This document shows, piece by piece, positions 25,686 to 36,317 of a stretch of 64,000 bases of DNA; positions within the stretch are counted from its first letter, which is position 1, and each line of letters starts with the position of its first letter. The position numbers were made by a program, and so were the translations under genes. Under the pieces are notes generated by a model. It did no database searches. It worked only from the letters and a program-made list of their open reading frames with translations, and was not told the DNA's origin. This DNA comes from Pedobacter sp. (GTDB taxonomy: Bacteria; Desulfobacterota; Desulfuromonadia; Desulfuromonadales; Syntrophotaleaceae), in contig JBFWJC010000002.1 of assembly GCA_050253415.1 (NCBI GenBank), positions 741,567-805,566 on the forward strand. The letters run 5' to 3'.

Positions 25686-27383
25686 ATGAGTAAAACCGAA
25701 AAACCGGGAACGGAAGGCCAATCCAAACCACTGGTTGCCTCATCTCACCCGGCACGAGACTCTCGACCTTTCACCAGTTTATCTCTTCAGGAACAACAGG
25801 ATAGGGTACGTCGGGCCGACCCGTCCACCCGTTATCGTATGATTCTCGAGGTTGCCGACGGTCAGGCGCTGGTACAGTCTTTGGCCTCGCAGGACCTGTT
25901 TTTGACCATTAAAGAACTGGGCCGGGACGAGGTGCCGGAACTTGTCTCCATGGCCTCGGGTGAACAGTTGACCGCATTTGTCGATCTTGACTGCTGGCGC
26001 AAGGATCTGATCGATGCACCGGAAGCGTTGCATTGGCTGGCCTTGGCCATGACCGAAGGCGAAGACAAAGTTTTGGAGGCTGCACTTTCCATCGATTTTG
26101 AGCTGCTGGTGCTCATCATGCGCAACTTCGTGCAGGTTCTGAGGGGCGCGCAGGCTTTTGAGGATGAAGACAATCCCGCTGACCGCTCCAAGTGCATTGG
26201 CGGGTATGAGCTGGAAATGCTGCAACCGAAGTATGCGAAGCTTGTAAGAAGTATGCTGGATTGCCTGTACCGTCTGGATGAAGGTTTTTATACCCATCTG
26301 ATGGAGGTGTTGCGGTGGGAACTCCCATCCTCCCTTGAGGAGAACGCCTTTCAGTCCCACTGCGAACGTCTGCAGGATCTCGGTTTTCCTGATCCCTCGC
26401 AGGCTAGGGAAATCTATGCCTGGGTCGATCCGGATACCTTTGATGCGGAGCAGTACCGGCGCCATCCGGGGATGCCCGAAACCGAACCGGCTCCCGGCTT
26501 TGTTTTGAGCGTGGTGCGGGCCAGGGATCTGCTGGGAGAAGTCCTGGCAGCCGGCCTGAATGATGCTTCTGGTTGGGAACTGACTTATCTGGCCAATAAG
26601 GTGCTGGTGGCCGATGGTATCGACTTTGGCGACCGTGCTCAGTTGCAGGGCGCCATGGACAAGGTCTACGGGTATCTGAATCTGGCGCTCGAACATTTGT
26701 GTCATACCGATGAGCAACGTGCAACCCAGCTGTTTGGCGACACGTATCTGTTGCCCCTGTTTCGGCTGGGATACAGTCTGACATTGCAATTGCAGCGGCA
26801 GGCCAGGCGATTGCTGGCGTCGTCCGTCGGTCCTTGGCTCGATGGTGTCTGGCAACAGTGCATCGAGCTCGTTGCCATGGGACAGCCCGTTTGTCCCCGG
26901 GTGCTGGATGAACCATCCGTTGAAGGTGCGCGGCCCTATCGCAACATGTCCGATGTGCGCCGGGTTAAGGAATTGCTCGACACGGCAGATGCGACCCGCC
27001 GGTTGTTCGAGGAACATTTCCCCTTCCGTTTGCCGGTACCGGACGAGCTTGATCTGAACGGCTGCCAGCCGGAGCAGCCCCAGGCTGTCGGCCTGCGGCA
27101 CTTTTTCCTTACTGCTCTGGCCAATCGCCTGCTGGGCAGGGCGTTTGATGCTACGCCGTTACCGGCCACAGAGTTGGCCGCTCTGCATGACAGGGTCTGC
27201 AGGGATAAGATGCTGGCCGGGGCCTTACGCGAAGAAACGCACACCTGGTTGCAATCGCTGGAACCCGCTGCCTGGAGCTTCGCCGAAGCATGCTTGCACT
27301 GTTGGGAGGATACCCTTTGCCCCCTGCGGGCAGATATGCTTGATCCACGCTATGTCGATGGTCTGCTGATTCGGATCGTTTAA
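25686..27383 (+). CDS. Conserved hypothetical protein (resembles DUF6178-type deltaproteobacterial proteins)
   Basis: 565-aa helical protein; D.DCW..D, RLQDLGFPD, LFRLGYS motifs; AGGGAG RBS. Family name is from memory. Confidence 0.7.
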   Translation: MSKTEKPGTEGQSKPLVASSHPARDSRPFTSLSLQEQQDRVRRADPSTRYRMILEVADGQALVQSLASQDLFLTIKELGRDEVPELVSMASGEQLTAFVDLDCWRKDLIDAPEALHWLALAMTEGEDKVLEAALSIDFELLVLIMRNFVQVLRGAQAFEDEDNPADRSKCIGGYELEMLQPKYAKLVRSMLDCLYRLDEGFYTHLMEVLRWELPSSLEENAFQSHCERLQDLGFPDPSQAREIYAWVDPDTFDAEQYRRHPGMPETEPAPGFVLSVVRARDLLGEVLAAGLNDASGWELTYLANKVLVADGIDFGDRAQLQGAMDKVYGYLNLALEHLCHTDEQRATQLFGDTYLLPLFRLGYSLTLQLQRQARRLLASSVGPWLDGVWQQCIELVAMGQPVCPRVLDEPSVEGARPYRNMSDVRRVKELLDTADATRRLFEEHFPFRLPVPDELDLNGCQPEQPQAVGLRHFFLTALANRLLGRAFDATPLPATELAALHDRVCRDKMLAGALREETHTWLQSLEPAAWSFAEACLHCWEDTLCPLRADMLDPRYVDGLLIRIV

Positions 27384-27576
27384 GCCGGACATTTCGCCAG
27401 TCAAAAGGGGTTGATTTTGCGCCATTGTTATGTTAGTGAACTTATATTAATAAACGGCCAGTCATGTGGTTTTCTGAATAACACGTTGTTATTGCGGCCC
27501 CATGACGGCTCCGGTCCGGGTTGATGGCGGAGCCAGGCAAGTGTTGGCGTAGCGCAAGATCAAAGGAGTGACCAAA

Positions 27577-27777
27577 ATGGCAGTAGGCGTGGTGAAGTGG
27601 TTTAATGATGCGAAGGGGTTCGGATTTATCGAACAGGAAGGTGGGGCGGACGTTTTCGTACACTTTTCGGTGATTCAGTCCGAAGGTTTCAAGAGTCTGA
27701 CTCAGGGGCAGCAAGTTGAATTCGAAGTCATCGAAAGCCAGAAAGGGCCCCAGGCAAGCAATGTGATCAAGCTATAG
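27577..27777 (+). CDS. Cold-shock protein (CspA family)
   Basis: [33 protein letters not shown]. Confidence 0.95.
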   Translation: MAVGVVKWFNDAKGFGFIEQEGGADVFVHFSVIQSEGFKSLTQGQQVEFEVIESQKGPQASNVIKL

Positions 27778-27802
27778 GAACTTCTTGATCTTGATATCTC
27801 CA

Positions 27803-27850
27803 TTTACACAACAAAGCTCCGCGGATTTCCGCGGAGCTTTGTTGTGTAAA
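27803..27850. terminator. Bidirectional terminator, 23-bp perfect inverted repeat
   Basis: TTTACACAACAAAGCTCCGCGGA-TT-TCCGCGGAGCTTTGTTGTGTAAA between convergent csp and rlmD. Confidence 0.75.
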
Positions 27851-27929
27851 GTCGTAATCGGGAATGGATAGCAACTACCCGGCAAAAATTTTGCTGTTGC
27901 TACTCACCAATCATTAATCACTGTCTTTG

Positions 27930-29336
27930 TCATTTGCCGATTCTGACCAGGCGTGCCACCGATTCAACATGCGCGGTTTGCGGGAACATGTCGACGGGCT
28001 GGATTTCCGCGGTGCGGTAGCCCAGTCGGCTAAGTTCATCCAGGTCGCGTGCCAGCGTTTCGGGGTTGCATGATACGTAAATGAGAACCCTCGGTTGCAG
28101 TTGCGTTACGGCCTGCAACACCTCGACATCGCAACCGCTGCGCGGCGGGTTGAGAACGGCCGCTGCCAGTGACGGCAAATCCGTAACCAGATCCTGTAAT
28201 AATTCCGCTGTGTCGCCTGCCAGGAACCGGCAGTTGTTAAGATTGTTCATGGCGGCGTTTTGCTGGGCATTGCGCACCGCGTCCTCGACCATTTCCACGC
28301 CGATGACCCGGCCGGCATCTTGTGCCAGATGCAGGGCAATACCACCGATGCCGCAATACAGATCCAGAGCATATTCATGATTTTCAAGCGCGGCCCAGCG
28401 TCGCACCAACTCATAGATGCGGGCAGCCTGGGCATGGTTGACCTGAAAGAAGGAAGTGGGTGAAATGCGCAGTCGGATATCGCCGACCTGATCGAACAGG
28501 TCGGGTTGACCGACCATGCTCAGGGTTTCGCGGCCCATGATGACATTGCCGCTTGATGCATTGACATTCTGCTGCACCGAAACGACTTGCGGAACTTTGC
28601 GCGCCACCCACTTGGCCAGGGCCGTAATGCGTTTGTATTCCCGTTGTGCCGTGACGAAGGTTACCATGGCCTTGCCGGTGGTGGGACTGACCTTGATCAA
28701 CAGGTAACGCAGCAGCCCTCGGCGGGTTATCGGGTTATAGAGGTAGATGTCCTGCCGCGCGATTTCGTCCCGTACCACCTCGACGATATGGTTGACCAGC
28801 GGGTGATGAAGCGGGCAGGCGCCGATGTCGGCCACCTCATGGCTGCCGCGCCGGTACAGGCCGATGACAATCCGTCCGTTGCGGCGCGCAAGGGCCAGCT
28901 TGACGCTGGTGCGATAGCCAAGAGGTTCCTCTGCCGCCCAGATAGGCGAGATGCCGGTATGTTTCAGCTGCGGATAGGTCGCTAGCGCATCGCGCACCTT
29001 GTCTTGTTTAAAACTCAGTTGGTCGGAATAGCCCATGGACATCAATGAGCAGCCCTGGCAATCCCGCAGGCACGGGCAGGGAGAGGGCTTGCGGAGTGGG
29101 CTCTTGGTGATTAAACGGCGAAACTGGCCGATAATGCGGCGTTGGCCTGCATGTTCGATGGCAATGCAGATTTTTTCGCCGGGCAGGGATCCGGCCACCA
29201 GCACCTCTTTTCCCTGGTATTGACCGACGCCGACACCATCGTCATTGAGGCGGTCGATGGTGACTTCGATAAGCTCTGCCGACGGCTTACGCCGGGGACG
29301 CGCTGGCTGTGACTGTTTTTCTTTTTGTTTAGACAT
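27930..29336 (-). CDS. rlmD: 23S rRNA (uracil-C5)-methyltransferase RlmD family
   Basis: TRAM domain, Cys cluster CPCLRDCQGC, SFFQVN, DLYCGIG, YVSCNP, DMFPQTAHVE. Confidence 0.9.
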   Translation of the reverse strand: MSKQKEKQSQPARPRRKPSAELIEVTIDRLNDDGVGVGQYQGKEVLVAGSLPGEKICIAIEHAGQRRIIGQFRRLITKSPLRKPSPCPCLRDCQGCSLMSMGYSDQLSFKQDKVRDALATYPQLKHTGISPIWAAEEPLGYRTSVKLALARRNGRIVIGLYRRGSHEVADIGACPLHHPLVNHIVEVVRDEIARQDIYLYNPITRRGLLRYLLIKVSPTTGKAMVTFVTAQREYKRITALAKWVARKVPQVVSVQQNVNASSGNVIMGRETLSMVGQPDLFDQVGDIRLRISPTSFFQVNHAQAARIYELVRRWAALENHEYALDLYCGIGGIALHLAQDAGRVIGVEMVEDAVRNAQQNAAMNNLNNCRFLAGDTAELLQDLVTDLPSLAAAVLNPPRSGCDVEVLQAVTQLQPRVLIYVSCNPETLARDLDELSRLGYRTAEIQPVDMFPQTAHVESVARLVRIGK

Positions 29337-29577
29337 TTTGTTGTTTTCCGGCTCTTTGGGCTCAATTGTAAGTGTGTCGGCACCTTAAATCGTTCTCCGG
29401 TCAGTGTCAACGGCTGTTTTGCCGGCTTGACTTCGCGCATGGCTGGGTCGTAAACTCGACCGTTGCAGCCCGCAACCGGTCGGTTGCGTTCCGTTGTCCG
29501 TATGAACACTATTTATATATTTACCATATTGCAGTGCTCGGGGGTTTCACCCGGCCGAAATTCAGGAGTAAATCTAT

Positions 29578-30648
29578 ATGAGACGCGTTTCTCGACGGAT
29601 CCAACTCGGCAACATCGCCATCGGTGGCGATGCGCCCGTATCCGTGCAATCGATGTGCAGTACCCCGACCAGCGATGTGACGGCTACTTTGGAACAGATC
29701 GGCCGCCTCGCCGACGCCGGTTGCGAAATTGTACGCTGTGCCGTTCCTGACGAAGCTGCCGCTCAGGCTTTATCCGCCATTCGCGCTCAGTGCCCCATCC
29801 CCCTTGTGGCGGATATCCATTTCGATTATCGCCTGGCTCTGACCGCCCTGCAAAGCGGTGTCGATGGTCTGCGGCTTAACCCCGGTAACATCGGCGAGCG
29901 TTGGAAGGTTGAAGAGGTGGTCAAGGCCTGCGCCGAACGCCGCGTACCGATTCGCATCGGGGTCAATGCCGGCTCTCTTGAGAAAGAGTTGCTGGAGCGG
30001 TACGGACACCCCACCGCCGAGGCCATGGTGGAGAGTGCTCTGGGGCATATCCGCATCCTTGAGGATCTTGGCTATCAGGACATCAAGGTCAGTCTCAAGG
30101 CTTCGGATATCCGGCGTACCGTCAAAGCTTATCGCCTGCTGGCTGCCAAGGTCGATTATCCCTTGCATATCGGTATCACCGAGGCGGGTACCACCTGGGC
30201 CGGTACCATCAAGAGTGCCGTCGGTCTGGGAGCGCTGCTGTACGACGGCATCGGCGACACCTTGCGGGTCTCGCTGACCGGCGACCCGGTCGAAGAGGTG
30301 CGGGTTGGCTGGGAAATACTCAAGTCCCTGGAGTTGCGTCAGCGCGGCCCGGTATTTGTCAGTTGTCCCACCTGCGGCCGCTGCCAGATCGATCTCATTT
30401 CTGTGGCGGAGGAGGTGGAGTCGCGCCTGCAGAATTTCCCCAAAGCCATTACCGTGGCGGTCATGGGTTGTATTGTTAATGGTCCTGGTGAGGCCCGCGA
30501 AGCCGATCTCGGGATTGCCGGCGGCAAGGGGCAGGGGATTCTCTTCCGGCGCGGCGAAGTGCTGCGCAAGGTGCCGCAGGCCGAGCTGGCCGATGCCCTG
30601 GTTGCAGAGGCCTGGAAGATGGTTGAGGAAGAATCTTCGGACAGTTAA
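29578..30648 (+). CDS. ispG: (E)-4-hydroxy-3-methylbut-2-enyl-diphosphate synthase
   Basis: VQSM, ADIHF, RLNPGN, RIGVNAGSL, SCPTCGR, MGCIVNGPGE. Confidence 0.96.
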   Translation: MRRVSRRIQLGNIAIGGDAPVSVQSMCSTPTSDVTATLEQIGRLADAGCEIVRCAVPDEAAAQALSAIRAQCPIPLVADIHFDYRLALTALQSGVDGLRLNPGNIGERWKVEEVVKACAERRVPIRIGVNAGSLEKELLERYGHPTAEAMVESALGHIRILEDLGYQDIKVSLKASDIRRTVKAYRLLAAKVDYPLHIGITEAGTTWAGTIKSAVGLGALLYDGIGDTLRVSLTGDPVEEVRVGWEILKSLELRQRGPVFVSCPTCGRCQIDLISVAEEVESRLQNFPKAITVAVMGCIVNGPGEAREADLGIAGGKGQGILFRRGEVLRKVPQAELADALVAEAWKMVEEESSDS

Positions 30649-30674
30649 ACCTTTACCCGGAATGTGAAAAATAC

Positions 30675-30712
30675 AAGCCGATTTCCATAGTCACTGGAAA
30701 TCGGCTTTTTTT
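30675..30712 (+). terminator. Intrinsic terminator after ispG
   Basis: AAGCCGATTTCCA/TGGAAATCGGCTT plus T-run. Confidence 0.8.
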
Positions 30713-30933
30713 ATGGCTTACTTGGGTGGGGATTTTTTTGGGCCACCGATGGCCAAAACGGCTTGGTGAATTATCCGGGCTTGGTCAAAAACCTTTGACT
30801 CTGTTTTGGTTTTGATTAATTATTGCCGATCGGTGGGTAAATTAGCTTTTACTTGATAGCCATACCTGGATGAATAGATTGTGAAAAGTTAACCCGGCGG
30901 CTTATGGCTTCAGGTACTAACGGAGGAGGCAAG

Positions 30934-32580
30934 GTGCGGACCCACCCACAAGCATGGCAAGCGTTGCAACAACATCAACAACAAGTGTCTTCATTGCACA
31001 TGCGCGACCTGTTTTTGCAGGATCCTGAACGCTTTCAGCGTTTTTCCCTGCAATTCGAAGATCTTCTATTCGATTACTCCAAAAATCGCATTACAGGGCA
31101 AACCGTCAAACTTTTATGTGAACTGGCGGGCGAATGCGGACTCGAAGACAAAATCCAGCGGATGTTTGCGGGCGAGCAGATTAACTGCTCGGAGCAACGT
31201 CCGGCACTGCATGTGGCTTTGCGCAATCGTTCCAACCGTCCTATACAGGTCGACGGGCAGGATGTCATGCCCGGAGTGAACGCGGTATTACAGCAGATGA
31301 GGGAATTCGTCGCCCGGGTGCATGCCGGTGACTGGCGTGGGTATACCGGTGAGCCAATCCGCGATGTGGTCAATATCGGCATTGGCGGATCCGACCTTGG
31401 ACCTCGCATGGTAGTCGAGGCTCTGACTCCTTACCACAAGCCTGATTTAAAGGTCCATTTTGTCTCCAATATCGATCCTGCAGATCTGTTTGATACGTTG
31501 GCCGGACTGCGGCCGGAGACGACCCTGTTTCTTATTGCATCCAAGACCTTCAGCACCCAGGAGACCCTGGCCAATGCCCATGCCGCCCGTGACTGGTTTT
31601 TAACTGCCGCCAAGCAGCCGCAACATGTAGCACGGCATTTTGTCGCCATATCGTCTCATCGGCAGCGGGTCCAGGAGTTCGGTATCGATCCGGCCAACAT
31701 GTTCACCTTTTGGGATTGGGTGGGGGGACGTTACTCGCTGTGGTCAGCCATTGGTTTGTCCATCGCTCTAGCCGTTGGCATGGATCACTTTGAGGCACTG
31801 TTGTCGGGTGCCCATGGCATGGACGAGCATTTTCGCAGTGCGCCGCTGGATGAAAACCTGCCGGTGCTGATGGGGCTTGTGGGGATCTGGTATGTCAACT
31901 TTTTTGATGCGGCCAGTCATGCGATTGTACCCTATGCCGAGCATCTGAAACATCTACCCGCCTATCTGCAACAAGCCGATATGGAGAGCAACGGCAAGGG
32001 GACAACTTGTGATGGTTGCACGGTAATCTGTGATACCGGACCGGTGGTATGGGGGGCACCCGGTACCAACGGGCAGCACGCGTTTTTCCAGTTGCTGCAC
32101 CAGGGTACCCGTCTGATTCCGGTCGATTTTCTCGTGCCGCTGCGGAGTCATTACTCGCTTAGCCTCAATCATGAGATTCTCTTGGCCAATTGTCTGGCCC
32201 AAAGCGAGGCGCTGATGCGTGGGCGTACAGCCGAAGAAGCCCGGCAGCAGATGCAGCAGCAGGGGGTGGATGATGCAACTCTCGAGCGTCTTACGCCGCA
32301 CAGGATCTTCCCGGGTAACCATCCCAGCAACCTGTTGATGTTTGATAAGTTGACTCCGCGTACCCTGGGGACTCTTATTGCTTTGTACGAGCACAAAATT
32401 TATGTACAGGGAGTTTTGTGGGGGATTAACTCCTTTGATCAGTGGGGGGTGGAACTTGGTAAACAACTGGCTGGTGCCATTCTGCCGCAATTGCAGGGGG
32501 ACGGTTCATTACAGTCGCACGATGGGTCGACCGCTGCGCTGATCCAGCATGCCCGGAACACGTTGCATCACCCGGCATGA
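30934..32580 (+). CDS. pgi: Glucose-6-phosphate isomerase
   Basis: [46 protein letters not shown] 30934 behind GGAGG (ATG 30904 is an alternative). Confidence 0.95.
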   Translation: MRTHPQAWQALQQHQQQVSSLHMRDLFLQDPERFQRFSLQFEDLLFDYSKNRITGQTVKLLCELAGECGLEDKIQRMFAGEQINCSEQRPALHVALRNRSNRPIQVDGQDVMPGVNAVLQQMREFVARVHAGDWRGYTGEPIRDVVNIGIGGSDLGPRMVVEALTPYHKPDLKVHFVSNIDPADLFDTLAGLRPETTLFLIASKTFSTQETLANAHAARDWFLTAAKQPQHVARHFVAISSHRQRVQEFGIDPANMFTFWDWVGGRYSLWSAIGLSIALAVGMDHFEALLSGAHGMDEHFRSAPLDENLPVLMGLVGIWYVNFFDAASHAIVPYAEHLKHLPAYLQQADMESNGKGTTCDGCTVICDTGPVVWGAPGTNGQHAFFQLLHQGTRLIPVDFLVPLRSHYSLSLNHEILLANCLAQSEALMRGRTAEEARQQMQQQGVDDATLERLTPHRIFPGNHPSNLLMFDKLTPRTLGTLIALYEHKIYVQGVLWGINSFDQWGVELGKQLAGAILPQLQGDGSLQSHDGSTAALIQHARNTLHHPA

Positions 32581-32834
32581 CAAAACAGCTGTTCATAAAG
32601 GTGATGGCATTCATGGTTTTCCGGTTGGCCAGCTGGTGCCCATTGAAAAATCTCGCAGCAATTAAAACCAGCCGGGATGTTGAAGTCTTCGTTGAGGCAA
32701 GGAACTCAAGGACTTGCACGGTATGATATGTTGTCGTCACACAGGCCAGTCCGCCGAAAAGGGTGGCTAGGGCGGAGGAACAAGCTTTTTACAGCGGAAA
32801 ACGCTTAAGAATTCGCGTGCAGTTGTCGATAAAC

Positions 32835-32873
32835 AAAACAGGTAGCCGTCCAGTGCGGCAACCTGTTTTTTTT
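32835..32873 (+). terminator. Intrinsic terminator/attenuator just upstream of the sensor kinase
   Basis: AAAACAGGTAGCCG / CGGCAACCTGTTTT stem plus T8. Confidence 0.65.
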
Positions 32874-32900
32874 CTTAATGCTATAAGGCGGAGATCCGTT

Positions 32901-35900
32901 GTGTGCTTGCCTCTGACTAGTGTTCCGTGGCGTTTGACCTGCTTATGTTTCTGGTTTGCTCTGATGGCCGGGGTATTATGCCCCCCTGGCGTGTGGGCGG
33001 GAGATATGAGTGTTCTCATGCTGCACTCCTATCATGCCGAATACACCTGGACCCGCAATCAGCATGCCGGGTTCATTGCTGCGTTGACACAAGACCTTCC
33101 GCAGCAGAATATCACTTATTTCGCCGAGTACCTTGACACCAAACGCAACGATTACAATCCCGAATACGAAACTTTTTTTGCCGATTACCTGCAACACAAA
33201 TTCCGCGGTTATCATCCTGATGCCATTTATGCTACCGACGATAATGCCCTGACCTTTCTTTTGCACTGCAAAAACCGCCTTTTCCCTCAAATCCCCGTGG
33301 TTTTCAGCGGAATTAACAACCTGGGGTTGGAAACGCAACTTGATCCTCAAACCTTCATGGGGGTATACGAGCGCAAGGATATTGTCGGTAATGTCAAACT
33401 GGCTTTAAAGCTGGCCCCCGCGCTTAAAACCCTTTATTTCCTCGGTGACGGAAGCAGCTCCCATGAGCTTATCGCCCAATTTGCCGCCGAGGAAATGGCA
33501 CGTGAATTTCCGGATCTGGCCTTTGAAGTTGTAGCGGATAAAACAGTGTCCGGCTTGCGACGCAAATTGGCGGCCAAGGGTGAAGGTACTGTGATTTTGA
33601 CCACCCTGGGAGGGCTTCTTGGTCCGGATGGCAAGCCGGTGTCGATTCCTTTGGCTATTCAGACGCTGGCCGAAGCGGGCGACTTTATAATTCTGTCCAT
33701 GGGCACCAATTATCTCACCGAGGGCGTTGTCGGCGGCAGTGTCGTGGATGGTTTTGCCCAAGGTCAGGGGGCGGCGCACGTCCTTGTCAATAAAGTGTTG
33801 GGTCAGCAAAGTGTCACCTTGGACGAAATAGGCAATGCAAACAATGCGCGTTACGTCTTGCGGTATCCGGCCCTGAATCAGAGGAATATCCCGTTGAGCG
33901 TGTTACCTGAGGGGAGTACGATTCTGGATGAGCCGGTCAAGCCCGCTGGAATGGACGTCCCTCTGGTGCTGGGCGGGGTGCTGTTTCTGCTTTTGCAAAG
34001 CGTGTTGTTGGTCATGTGGTTGCCCAAGGTACGCTCTCTGTCTCTGACCCGTCAGGCGCTCAAAGGCAGTGAAAGGCGTTTTAATGCCGTAGTCAAGATC
34101 ATCAACGATGCAGTGGTCGGTATTAACGAAAAAGGGCGGGTGGTTGTTTTTAATCCAGCCGCGCAAAAGATGTTTGGTTATTCCGAAGCGGAAATTTTCG
34201 ATCAGCCCCTCGATATGTTGATCCCTGAGAGGTTCCGCGACCAACACCGTCAGCATTTAAAGATGTTTTTTTCCGGAGATATATCTTCGGACCTGATTGG
34301 ACAGAACATCGAATTGCCGGCCCGGCGCAGCAACGGGGAGGAATTTTACGCCGAGTTGTCCCTGTCCCTGTGGCAGCACGGTCATACTTCCAAGGTTATT
34401 GCCGCCCTGCGCGATGTTACCGAGCGCAGGCGCGCCGATGAGGAGGTGCGTTGCAGCGAGGAGCGTTACCGGGCCCTGGTGCAGACACAGGTCGAAGCGG
34501 TTTGCCGCTGGTTGCCCGACACGACTCTGACCTACGTCAACCAGGCCTATTGCCGCTTGTTCAACAAAAGACCGGAAGAGTTGCTGGGACGCAAGTTTAT
34601 TGCGCGGATGCCGGATGATGTCCGGGCATCGATGGAGGATCATGTCCGGATACTGATGTCCAATCCCGGCACTCTGTACCATGAAACACCGATCCCCCAA
34701 AGTGACGGGAGTTGCTTGTGGTACCGGTGGAGCAATACCGCTATTGTGGGTGAGCTTGGCGAAGTGACAGAGGTTCAAGCCGTCGGTCTGGACATCACCG
34801 AGCGTAAAAAGATCGAGGAAGAGTTGCGCGAAAGCGAATCCCGGTTTCGTGATACAGCCGACCTGCTGCCGCAGTCGGTGTTTGAGACCGATACCCTCGG
34901 TAAATTGACGTTCGCCAACCGCGTGACCATGGAGATGACCGGTTGCAGTGTTTCCGATCTCCAGGACGGGGTCAGTATTTTTGACTTGATGGCCAAGTCC
35001 GATCGCGGTCGCCTGATGAAGGCGTTTGAGCGGGTTCTCACCGGTGAAACCATCAGCGCCAATGAATGCCTGATCGAGGCGCGTAACGGATTTTGCTTTA
35101 AAGTCCTGATCTCGGCATCCCCCATGGTGCGCAAGGGGCGTATCGTCGGGGTGCGTGCCGTGGCGGTAGATATCTCCGACCGGATTGTTGCGGAACAGGC
35201 GCTGCGTCAGAGCGAAAAAAAGTTTAAACGGTTGTTCAGCGAATATCAAACCTTGCTCGACGGGATTCCCGACCCGATTGCACTTATCGCCCCCGATCGC
35301 ACTGTATTGCGCACCAACCTCAGTACTTCCAAGATTTTAGGGGTGCCGGTGCAGGAGATCCCGGGCAAAAAGTGTTGTTCCCTGTGGGTGGATTGCTCTT
35401 GTGAAAGCGGGGAATGTCCGGTGATGGAGAGCTTTCGCACTGGCATAACGCAGAAGGTGGTGATCAAGGCGGTGAATGGGCGCAGCTGGGAGGTAAGAAC
35501 TTTCCCTGTGACGGATAAGGCTGGCAATACGGTGCAGGTGATTCGTTACGCCAATGATATCACTCGCCAGATCCAGTTGCGGGAGGAAACCTTGCGTACC
35601 GGGCAGCTGGCTTCTCTCGGTGAGTTGGCAGCCGGGGTGGCGCATGAAATCAATAATCCCATCAACGGCATTATCAACTACGCGCAGCTGCTGGCCGACA
35701 GCCTGGAAATCGAGCAGGAAGATATGGATATCCTGCGCGGTATCATCGATGAAGGGGAGCGCATTGCCAACATCGTACGCAACCTGTTGGCCTTTGCCCG
35801 GGCACGCAAGGAGCACAAGGATCATGTTGCTCTCTGGGAAACTCTTGCCTGCTCCCTGGCTCTGACCGAATCGCAATTACGTAAGGACGGTATTCATCTT

Positions 35901-36317
35901 TTACTGGATGTGCCACCCGATCTCCCCGAAGTGGTGGCACATGCCCAGGAAATTCAGCAGGTGATACTCAACCTTTTCAGTAATTCCCGCTATGCGTTGA
36001 ACAAAAGATTTCCAAACGTTCATCCTGACAAGATATTGCGCATCAAGGCCGAAACCTGCGAGTATCAGGGGCGCTCGTCGGTGCAGTTGGCCTTCCACGA
36101 TCAGGGGATCGGGATCCCGCAGGGCTCACTGCACAAGGTTCTCGACCCGTTTTACACCACCAAGCCTTCCGGAGAGGGGACCGGGCTAGGGCTCAGTATC
36201 AGCCACGGTATTATAAAAGACCACCAGGGGGATATTGTCATCGACAGCAAGGAAGGCCACTACACGACGGTCACCCTTATTCTTCCCGTAGCGATAGAGG
36301 AATACCATGAATCCTAA
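32901..36317 (+). CDS. Membrane sensor histidine kinase: periplasmic binding-protein-like domain, four PAS domains, HisKA/HATPase
   Basis: LHSYH..YTW periplasmic start, TM, PAS/PAC repeats (DVTER, DITER, DISDR, DITRQ), AGVAHEINNP, GTGLGLSI; GTG start at 32901 inferred from RBS. Confidence 0.88.
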   Translation: MCLPLTSVPWRLTCLCFWFALMAGVLCPPGVWAGDMSVLMLHSYHAEYTWTRNQHAGFIAALTQDLPQQNITYFAEYLDTKRNDYNPEYETFFADYLQHKFRGYHPDAIYATDDNALTFLLHCKNRLFPQIPVVFSGINNLGLETQLDPQTFMGVYERKDIVGNVKLALKLAPALKTLYFLGDGSSSHELIAQFAAEEMAREFPDLAFEVVADKTVSGLRRKLAAKGEGTVILTTLGGLLGPDGKPVSIPLAIQTLAEAGDFIILSMGTNYLTEGVVGGSVVDGFAQGQGAAHVLVNKVLGQQSVTLDEIGNANNARYVLRYPALNQRNIPLSVLPEGSTILDEPVKPAGMDVPLVLGGVLFLLLQSVLLVMWLPKVRSLSLTRQALKGSERRFNAVVKIINDAVVGINEKGRVVVFNPAAQKMFGYSEAEIFDQPLDMLIPERFRDQHRQHLKMFFSGDISSDLIGQNIELPARRSNGEEFYAELSLSLWQHGHTSKVIAALRDVTERRRADEEVRCSEERYRALVQTQVEAVCRWLPDTTLTYVNQAYCRLFNKRPEELLGRKFIARMPDDVRASMEDHVRILMSNPGTLYHETPIPQSDGSCLWYRWSNTAIVGELGEVTEVQAVGLDITERKKIEEELRESESRFRDTADLLPQSVFETDTLGKLTFANRVTMEMTGCSVSDLQDGVSIFDLMAKSDRGRLMKAFERVLTGETISANECLIEARNGFCFKVLISASPMVRKGRIVGVRAVAVDISDRIVAEQALRQSEKKFKRLFSEYQTLLDGIPDPIALIAPDRTVLRTNLSTSKILGVPVQEIPGKKCCSLWVDCSCESGECPVMESFRTGITQKVVIKAVNGRSWEVRTFPVTDKAGNTVQVIRYANDITRQIQLREETLRTGQLASLGELAAGVAHEINNPINGIINYAQLLADSLEIEQEDMDILRGIIDEGERIANIVRNLLAFARARKEHKDHVALWETLACSLALTESQLRKDGIHLLLDVPPDLPEVVAHAQEIQQVILNLFSNSRYALNKRFPNVHPDKILRIKAETCEYQGRSSVQLAFHDQGIGIPQGSLHKVLDPFYTTKPSGEGTGLGLSISHGIIKDHQGDIVIDSKEGHYTTVTLILPVAIEEYHES

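Noticed and set aside
25779..27101. 440-aa antisense ORF (likewise 38798..40126, 45214..46266, 62345..63388, 34257..35249, 2928..3743)
   Set aside because: Fully overlap well-supported genes on the other strand and show no motifs; expected shadow ORFs in GC-rich coding DNA.
32755..32790. ykkC/guanidine riboswitch (GGCTAGGG...CGGAGGAACAAGC)
   Set aside because: Only fragments match; GTTCCG, the P1 stem and the 3' CCCGG elements are absent.
32763..32900. N-terminal extension of the kinase given by the ORF track
   Set aside because: It crosses a terminator hairpin, and a better RBS plus GTG exists at 32901. Similar over-long starts were trimmed for ato, bamD, smc, recQ, the second MCP and others.
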